Origin: Eledone cirrhosa
Lineage: Eukaryota
DNA length: 64,000 nucleotides
Reading direction: 5' to 3'
Assembly: GCA_964016885.1 (NCBI GenBank)
Contig: OZ024743.1
Span: 134,416,001 to 134,480,000 of the forward strand
The notes under the pieces were generated by a model. That model did no database searches and was not told where the DNA came from. It saw nothing but the letters and a program-made list of their open reading frames with translations. Within the stretch, counting starts at the first letter, position 1; the number at the start of each line of letters is the position of its first letter. This document shows, piece after piece, positions 54,290-64,000 of the stretch. Made by a program: the position numbers and the translations under genes.

Positions 54290-57200
54290 CAAGCACCAAA
54301 CACTAATCACCAAGCACCAAGCACCAAACAACAAGCACCAAGCACCAAGCACCAGGCACCAAGCACCAAGCACCAAACAAAAAACACCAAGCACCAAGCA
54401 CCAAGCAGCACACACCAAGCATCAAACACCAAACACCCAACACCAAGCACCAAACACCAAACACCAAGCACTAAGCACCAAGCACCAAGAACCAAACTCC
54501 AAGCACCCAGCACCAAACAACAAACACCAAGCACCAAGCACCAAACACCAAATACCAAGCACCAAGCACCAAGCACCAAACACCAAACACCAAGCACCAA
54601 ACACCAGACAACAAGCAGCAAACACCAAACACCAAGCACCAAGCACCAAACAGCATACAACAAGCACCAGGCACCAAGCACCAAACACCAAACACCAAGC
54701 ACCAAGCACCAAACACCAAGCACCAAGGATCAAACATAAAACAGCAAGCACCAAGCACCAATCACCTAACACCAAGCACCAAACACCAAGCACCAAGCAC
54801 CGAACACCAAGCACCAAACACCAAGCACCAAACACCAAGCACCAAGCACCAAATACCAAGCACCAAACACCAAGCACCAAGCACCAAGCACCAAACACCA
54901 AGCACCAGGCACCAAGCACCAAACACCAAGCACCATGCAACAAGCACCAAGCCCCAAACACTTAACACCAAGCACCAAGCACCAAGCATCAAACACCAAG
55001 CATCAAAAACCAAACACCAAGCACCAAGTACCAAACACCAAGCACCAAGCACCAAACACCAAGCCCCAAGCACCAATCACCAAACACCAAGAACCAAGCA
55101 CCAAACACCAAGAACCAAGCACCAAGTACATACACCAAGCACCAAACACCAAACACAAAACACCAAGCACCAAGCAACAAGCATCAAACACCAAGCATCA
55201 AACACCAAACACCAAGCACCAAGCACCAAACACCAAACACCAAGCACCACACACCAAGCACAAAACACCAAGCACTCAGCACCAAACACCAAGCACCAAA
55301 CACCAAGCACCAAACACCAAACACCAACCACCAAGCACCAAAACCCAAACACCAAGCACCAAGCACCAAACACCAAACACCAAACACCAGACACCAAGCA
55401 CCAAACACCAAACACCAAACACCAAGCACCAGGCACCAAACAGCATACAACAAGCACCAGGCACCAAGCACCAAACACCAAACACCAAGCACCAAGCACC
55501 AAACACCAAGCACCAAGCACCAAACACCAAACACCAAGCACCAAGCACAAAGCACCAAACACCAAACACCAAACACCAAACAGCAAACACCAAACACCAA
55601 ACAGCAAAAACCAAATACGAAACAGCAAACACCATACAGCAAACACCAAACACCAAAAAGCAGACACCAAACAGCAAACACCAAACAGCAAACACCAAAC
55701 ACCAAACACCCAGCACCAAGCACCAACCACCAAACTCCAAGCACCAAAGACCAAGCACCAAGCACCAAGCACCAAACAACAAGCACCAAGCACCAAGCAC
55801 CAAACACCAAGCACCAAGCACCAAACACCAACCACCCAGCACCAACCACCAAGCACCAAACACCAAGCACCAAACACCAAACACCAAACACGAAGCACCA
55901 AGCACCAAGCAACAAACAACAAGCACCAAGCACAAAGCACCAAACACCAAGCCCCAAGCACCAAGCACCAAACACCAAACACCAAGCACCAAGCACCAAA
56001 CCCCAAGCACCAAGCACCAAGCACCTAGCACCAAACACCAAACAACAAGCACCAAGTACCCAACACCAAGCACCAATCACCAAGCACCAAACACCAAGCA
56101 GCAAGCAGCAAGCACCAAACACCAAACACCAAGCACCAAGCACCAAACACCAAGCACCAAGGATCAAACATCAAACACCAAGCACCAAGCACCAATCACC
56201 TAACACCAAGCACCAAACACCAAGCACCAAGCACCGAACACCAAGCACCAAACACCAAGCACCAAACACCAAGCACCAAGCACCAAATACCAAGTACCAA
56301 ACACCAAGCACCAAGCACCAAGCACCAAACACCAAGCACCAGGCACCAAGCACCAAGCACCAAGCACCATGCACCAAGCACCAAGCCCCAAACACTTAAC
56401 ACCAAGCACCAAGCACCAAGCATCAAACACCAAGCATCAAAAACCAAACACCAAGCACCAAGTACCAAACACCAAGCACCAAGCACCAAACACCAAGCAG
56501 CAAGCACCAATCACCAAACACCAAGAACCAAGCACCAAACACCAAGAACCAAGCACCAAGTACATACACCAAGCACCAAACACCAAACACAAAACACCAA
56601 GCACCAAGCAACAAGCATCAAACACCAAGCGTCAAACACCAAACACCAAGCACTCAGCACCAAACACCAAGCACCAAACACCAAGCACCAAACACCAAAC
56701 ACCAAGCACCAAGCACCAAAACCCAAACACCAAGCACCAAGCACCAAACACCAAACACCAAGCACCAAGCACCAAACACCAAGCACCAAGCACCAAACAG
56801 CAAACCCCAAGCACCAAGCACCAAACACTAATCACCAAGCACCAAGCACCAAACAACAAGCACCAAGCACCAAGCACCAGGCACCAAGCACCAAGCACCA
56901 AACACAAAACACCAAGCACCAAGCACCAAGCAGCACACACCAAGCATCAAACACCAAACACCCAACACCAAGCACCAAACACCAAACACCAAGCACTAAG
57001 CACCAAGCACCAAGCACCAAACTCCAAGCACCCAGCACCAAACAACAATCACCAAGCACCAAGCACCAAACACCAAATACCAAGCACCAAGCACCAAGCA
57101 CCAAACACCAAACACCAAGCACCAAACACCAGACACCAAGCAGCAAACACCAAACACCAAGCACCAAGCACCAAACAGCATACAACAAGCACCAGGCACC

Positions 57201-60200
57201 AAGCACCAAACACCAAGAACCAAGCACCAAACACCAAGAACCAAGCAACAAGTACATACACCAAGCACGAAACACCAAACACAAAACACCAAGCACCAAG
57301 CAACAAGCATCAAACACCAAGCATCAAACACCAAACACCAAGCACCAAGCGCCAAACACCAAACACCAAGCACCACGCACCAAGCACAAAACACCAAGCA
57401 CTCAGCACCAAACACCAAGCACCAAACACCAAGCACCAAACACCAAACACCAAGCACCAAGCACCAAAACCCAAACACCAAGCACCAAGCACCAAACGCC
57501 AAACACCAAACACCAGACACCAAGCACCAAACACAAAAAAACCAAACACCAAGCACCAAGCACCAAACAGCAAACCCCAAGCACCAAGCACCAAACACTA
57601 ATCACCAAGCACCAAGCACCAAACAACAAGCACCAAGCACCAAGCACCAGGCACCAAGCACCAAGCACCAAACAAAAAACACCAAGCACCAAGCACCAAG
57701 CAGCACACACCAAGCATCAAACACCAAACACCCAACACCAAGCACCAAACAGCAAGCACCAAGCACTAAGCACCAAGCACCAAGAACCAAACTCCAAGCA
57801 CCCAGCACCAAACAACAAACACCAAGCACCAAGCACCAAACACCAAATACCAAGCACCAAGCACCAAGCACCAAACACCAAACACCAAACACCAAACACC
57901 AGACAACAAGCAGCAAACACCAAACACCAAGCACCAAGCACCAAACAGCATACAACAAGCACCAGGCACCAAGCACCAAACACCAAACACCAAGCACCAA
58001 GCACCAAACACCAAGCACCAAGGATCAAACATAAAACACCAAGCACCAAGCACCAATCACCTAACACCAAGCACCAAACACCAAGCACCAAGCACCAAAC
58101 ACCAGGCACCAAACACCAAGCACCAAACACCAAGCACCAAGCACCAAATACCAAGCACCAAACACCAAGTACCAAGCACCAAGCACCAAACACCAAGCAC
58201 CAGGCACCAAGCACCAAACACCAAGCACCATGCAACAAGCACCAAGCCCCAAACACTTAACACCAAGCACCAAGCACCAAGCATCAAACACCAAGCATCA
58301 AAAACCAAACACCAAGCACCAAGTACCAAACACCAAGCACCAAGCACCAAACACCAAGCCCCAAGCACCAATCACCAAACACCAAGAACCAAGCACCAAA
58401 CACCAAGAACCAAGCACCAAGTACATACACCAAGCACCAAACACCAAACACAAAACACCAAGCACCAAGCAACAAGCATCAAACACCAAGCATCAAACAC
58501 CAAACACCAAGCACCAAGCACCAAACACCAAACACCAAGCACCACGCACCAAGCACAAAACACCAAGCACTCAGCACCAAACACCAAGCACCAAACACCA
58601 AGCACCAAACACCAAACACCAAGCACCAAGCAGCAAAACCCAAACACCAAGCACCAAGCACCAAACACCAAACACCAAACACCAGACACCAAGCACCAAA
58701 CACCAAACACCAAACACCAAGCACCAGGCACCAAACAGCATACAACAAGCACCAGGCACCAAGCACCGAACACCAAACACCAAGCACCAAGCACCAAACA
58801 CCAAGCACCAAGCACCAAACACCAAACACCAAGCACCAAGCAAAAAGCACCAAACACCAAACACCAAACACCAAACAGCAAACACCAAACACCAAACAGC
58901 AAAAACCAAATACGAAACAGCAAACACCATACAGCAAACACCAAACACCAAAAAGCAGACACCAAACAGCAAACACCAAACAGCAAACACCAAACACCAA
59001 ACACCAAGCACCAAGCACCAACCACCAAACTCCAAGCACCAAACAACAAGCACCAAGCACCAAGCACCAAACACCAAGCACCAAGCACCAAACACCAACC
59101 ACCCAGCACCAACCACCAAGCACCAAACACCAAGCACCAAACACCAAACACCAAACACGAAGCACCAAACACCAAGCACGAAACAACAAGCACCAAGCAC
59201 AAAGCACCAAACACCAAGCCCCAAGCACCAAGCACCAAACACCAAACACCAAGCACCAAGCACCAAACCCCAAGCACCAAGCACCAAGCACCTAGCACCA
59301 AACACCAAACAACAAGCACCAAGTACCCAACACCAAGCACCAATCACCAAGCACCAAACACCAAGCAGCAAGCAGCAAGCACCAAACACCAAACACCAAG
59401 CACCAAGCACCAAACACCAAGCACCAAGGATCAAACATCAAACACCAAGCACCAAGCACCCAGCACCAAACACCAAGCACCAAACACCAAGTCCCACGCA
59501 CCAAGCACCAAACACCAAACACCAAGCACCAAGCACCAAACACCAAGCACCAAGCACCAAGCCCCTAGCACCAAACACCAAACACCAAGCACCAAGCACA
59601 AAACACCAAGCACCAATCACCAAGCACCAAACACCAAGCAGCAAGCAGCAAGCACCAAACACCAAACACCAAGCACCAAGCACCAAATACCAAACACCAA
59701 GCACCAAGGACCAAACATCAAACACCAAGCACCAAGCACCAAACGCCTAACACCAAGCACCAAGCACCTAGCAGCAAACACAAAGCACCAGGCACCAAGC
59801 CCCAAACACCAAGCACCATGCACCAAACACCAAGCACCAAGCACGAAGCACCAAACACCAAGCACCAAGCACCATACACCAAACACCAAACACCAAACAC
59901 CAAGCACCAAGACCGAAGCACCAAACATCAAGCACCAAACTCCTAACACAAAACACCAAGCACCAAGCAGCAAGCACCACACACAAAACACCTAGCACCA
60001 AGCACCAAACACCAAACACCAAGCACCAAGGACCAAACATCAAACACCAAGCACCAAGCACCAAACACCTAACACCAAGCACCAAGCATCAAGCACCAAG
60101 CACCAAACACCAAGCATCAAACACAAAGCACCAAGCACCAAACACCAAGCACCAAGCACCAAACACCAAGCACCAAGCACCAAACACCAAACCCCAAGCA

Positions 60201-63200
60201 CCAAACACCAAACCCCAAGCACCAAGCACCAAACACTAATCACCAAGCACCAAGCATCAAACAACAAGCACCAAGCACCAAGCACCAGGCACCAAGCACC
60301 AAGCACCAAACACTAATCACCAAGCACAAAGCACCAAGCACCAAACACCAATCACCAAGCACCAAGCATCAAACACCAAGCACCAAGCACCAAACACCAA
60401 ACACCAAGCACCAAAGACCAAGCACCAAGCACCAAGCACCAAGCACCAAACCCCAAGCACCAACCACCAAGCACCAAACACCAAGCACCAAGCACCAAAC
60501 ACCAACCACCCAGCACCAAGCACCAAGCACCAAACACCAAGCACCAAACACCAAACACCAAACACGAAGCACCAAGCACCAAGCACCAAACACCAAGCAC
60601 CAAGCACAAAGCACCAAACACCAAGCCCCAAGCACCAAGCACCAAGCACCAAACACTAATCACCAAGCACCAAGCACCAAACAACAAGCACCAAGCACCA
60701 AGCACCAGGCACCAAGCACCAAGCACCAAACAAAAAACACCAAGCACCAAGCACCAAGCAGCACACACCAAGCATCAAACACCAAACACCCAACACCAAG
60801 CACCAAACACCAAACACCAAGCACTAAGCACCAAGCACCAAGAACCAAACTCCAAGCACCCAGCACCAAACAACAAACACCAAGCACCAAGCACCAAACA
60901 CCAAATACCAAGCACCAAGCACCAAGCACCAAACACCAAACACCAAGCACCAAACACCAGACAACAAGCAGCAAACACCAAACACCAAGCACCAAGCACC
61001 AAACAGCATACAACAAGCACCAGGCACCAAGCACCAAACACCAAACACCAAGCACCAAGCACCAAACACCAAGCACCAAGGATCAAACATAAAACACCAA
61101 GCACCAAGCACCAATCACCTAACACCAAGCACCAAACACCAAGCACCAAGCACCGAACACCAAGCACCAAACACCAAGCACCAAACACCAAGCACCAAGC
61201 ACCAAATACCAAGCACCAAACACCAAGCACCAAGCACCAAGCACCAAACACCAAGCACCAGGCACCAAGCACCAAACACCAAGCACCATGCAACAAGCAC
61301 CAAGCCCCAAACACTTAACACCAAGCACCAAGCACCAAGCATCAAACACCAAGCATCAAAAACCAAACACCAAGCACCAAGTACCAAACACCAAGCACCA
61401 AGCACCAAACACCAAGCCCCAAGCACCAATCACCAAACACCAAGAACCAAGCACCAAACACCAAGAACCAAGCACCAAGTACATACACCAAGCACCAAAC
61501 ACCAAACACAAAACACCAAGCACCAAGCAACAAGCATCAAACACCAAGCATCAAACACCAAACACCAAGCACCAAGCACCAAACACCAAACACCAAGCAC
61601 CACACACCAAGCACAAAACACCAAGCACTCAGCACCAAACACCAAGCACCAAACACCAAGCACCAAACACCAAACACCAAGCACCAAGCACCAAAACCCA
61701 AACACCAAGCACCAAGCACCAAACACCAAACACCAAACACCAGACACCAAGCACCAAACACCAAACACCAAACACCAAGCACCAGGCACCAAACAGCATA
61801 CAACAAGCACCAGGCACCAAGCACCAAACACCAAACACCAAGCACCAAGCACCAAACACCAAGCACCAAGCACCAAACACCAAACACCAAGCACCAAGCA
61901 CAAAGCACCAAACACCAAACACCAAACACCAAACAGCAAACACCAAACACCAAACAGCAAAAACCAAATACGAAACAGCAAACACCATACAGCAAACACC
62001 AAACACCAAAAAGCAGACACCAAACAGCAAACACCAAACAGCAAACACCAAACACCAAACACCCAGCACCAAGCACCAACCACCAAACTCCAAGCACCAA
62101 AGACCAAGTACCAAGCACCAAGCACCAAACAACAAGCACCAAGCACCAAGCACCAAACACCAAGCACCAAGCACCAAACACCAACCACCCAGCACCAACC
62201 ACCAAGCACCAAACACCAAGCACCAAACACCAAACACCAAACACGAAGCACCAAGCACCAAGCAACAAACAACAAGCACCAAGCACAAAGCACCAAACAC
62301 CAAGCCCCAAGCACCAAGCACCAAACACCAAACACCAAGCACCAAGCACCAAACCCCAAGCACCAAGCACCAAGCACCTAGCACCAAACACCAAACAACA
62401 AGCACCAAGTACCCAACACCAAGCACCAATCACCAAGCACCAAACACCAAGCAGCAAGCAGCAAGCACCAAACACCAAACACCAAGCACCAAGCACCAAA
62501 CACCAAGCACCAAGGATCAAACATCAAACACCAAGCACCAAGCACCAATCACCTAACACCAAGCACCAAACACCAAGCACCAAGCACCGAACACCAAGCA
62601 CCAAACACCAAGCACCAAACACCAAGCACCAAGCACCAAATACCAAGCACCAAACACCAAGCACCAAGCACCAAGCACCAAACACCAAGCACCAGGCACC
62701 AAGCACCAAACACCAAGCACCATGCACCAAGCACCAAGCCCCAAACACTTAACACCAAGCACCAAGCACCAAGCATCAAACACCAAGCATCAAAAACCAA
62801 ACACCAAGCACCAAGTACCAAACACCAAGCACCAAGCACCAAACACCAAGCAGCAAGCACCAATCACCAAACACCAAGAACCAAGCACCAAACACCAAGA
62901 ACCAAGCACCAAGTACATACACCAAGCACCAAACACCAAACACAAAACACCAAGCACCAAGCAACAAGCATCAAACACCAAGCGTCAAACACCAAACACC
63001 AAGCACTCAGCACCAAACACCAAGCACCAAACACCAAGCACCAAACACCAAACACCAAGCACCAAGCACCAAAACCCAAACACCAAGCACCAAGCACCAA
63101 ACACCAAACACCAAGCACCAAGCACCAAACACCAAGCACCAAGCACCAAACAGCAAACCCCAAGCACCAAGCACCAAACACTAATCACCAAGCACCAAGC

Positions 63201-64000
63201 ACCAAACAACAAGCACCAAGCACCAAGCACCAGGCACCAAGCACCAAGCACCAAACACAAAACACCAAGCACCAAGCACCAAGCAGCACACACCAAGCAT
63301 CAAACACCAAACACCCAACACCAAGCACCAAACACCAAACACCAAGCACTAAGCACCAAGCACCAAGCACCAAACTCCAAGCACCCAGCACCAAACAACA
63401 ATCACCAAGCACCAAGCACCAAACACCAAATACCAAGCACCAAGCACCAAGCACCAAACACCAAACACCAAGCACCAAACACCAGACACCAAGCAGCAAA
63501 CACCAAACACCAAGCACCAAGCACCAAACAGCATACAACAAGCACCAGGCACCAAGCACCAAACACCAAGAACCAAGCACCAAACACCAAGAACCAAGCA
63601 ACAAGTACATACACCAAGCACGAAACACCAAACACAAAACACCAAGCACCAAGCAACAAGCATCAAACCCCAAGCATCAAACACCAAACACCAAGCACCA
63701 AGCGCCAAACACCAAACACCAAGCACCACGCACCAAGCACAAAACACCAAGCACTCAGCACCAAACACCAAGCACCAAACACCAAGCACCAAACACCAAA
63801 CACCAAGCACCAAGCACCAAAACCCAAACACCAAGCACCAAGCACCAAACGCCAAACACCAAACACCAGACACCAAGCACCAAACACAAAAAAACCAAAC
63901 ACCAAGCACCAAGCACCAAACAGCAAACCCCAAGCACCAAGCACCAAACACTAATCACCAAGCACCAAGCACCAAACAACAAGCACCAAGCACCAAGCAC
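54290..64000 (+). repeat. Higher-order repeat, period 6353 bp (second copy cut by the window edge), with an internal 3295-bp-offset duplication
   Basis: ORF pairs 54307/60660, 54935/61288, 56369/62722 and 57310/63663 are offset 6353; 54307/57602 and 54935/58230 are offset 3295. Confidence 0.94.

Larger units (their letters stand above)
44860..59035. repeat. Long inverted repeat spanning junction 2: about 44860-48510 vs about 55385-59035
   Basis: Near-identical ORFs on opposite strands share a constant coordinate sum: 47728+56167 and 47526+56369 = 103895; 45875+58021, 45640+58256, 45407+58489 and 45666+58230 = 103896. Confidence 0.88.
50816..64000 (+). repeat. 7-bp satellite array, block 3, C-rich orientation; runs off the right edge
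   Basis: Tandem CACCAA(A/G) resumes at gtacatacaccaagc and continues to the window end. Confidence 0.99.

Noticed and set aside
1-64000. CRISPR array
   Set aside because: There are no unique spacers between repeats, no 23-47 bp direct repeat, and no leader or cas genes.
1-64000. Bacterial heptamer repeats (cyanobacterial STRR type) or a canonical telomere tract
   Set aside because: STRR tracts are short and intergenic with different consensus sequences. No canonical TTAGGG/TTTAGGG tract was seen, and the array has kb-scale HORs.

Overview
The whole 64 kb is one satellite array built from a 7-bp monomer, CACCAA(A/G) (reverse complement (T/C)TTGGTG). I found no unique sequence, credible gene, RNA gene, transposon or CRISPR array. 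The hundreds of ORFs (HQAPSTK/HQTPNTK on the C-rich strand, LGAWCLV/FGVWCLV on the G-rich strand) arise because the heptamer has no stop codon in any of the six frames. The structure is what is interesting. (1) The array switches strand twice with no spacer DNA: C-rich 1-15846, G-rich 15847-~50817, C-rich ~50816-64000. (2) Monomer variants act as a barcode that reveals a patchwork of near-identical kilobase higher-order repeats (HORs) whose period changes along the array (about 4728, 631, 4001, 224, 1700, 2576, 483/1785, 4052, 1874/1993/1770/5168, 1280, 3295/6353 bp). (3) The sequence just right of the second junction is the inverted homologue of sequence just inside the first, and multi-kb inverted near-copies flank the second junction. 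The size and organisation suggest eukaryotic heterochromatic (centromeric, pericentromeric or subtelomeric) DNA, but organism and function cannot be determined from the sequence. HOR periods come from marker and ORF-track offsets; boundaries were read by eye and are approximate.
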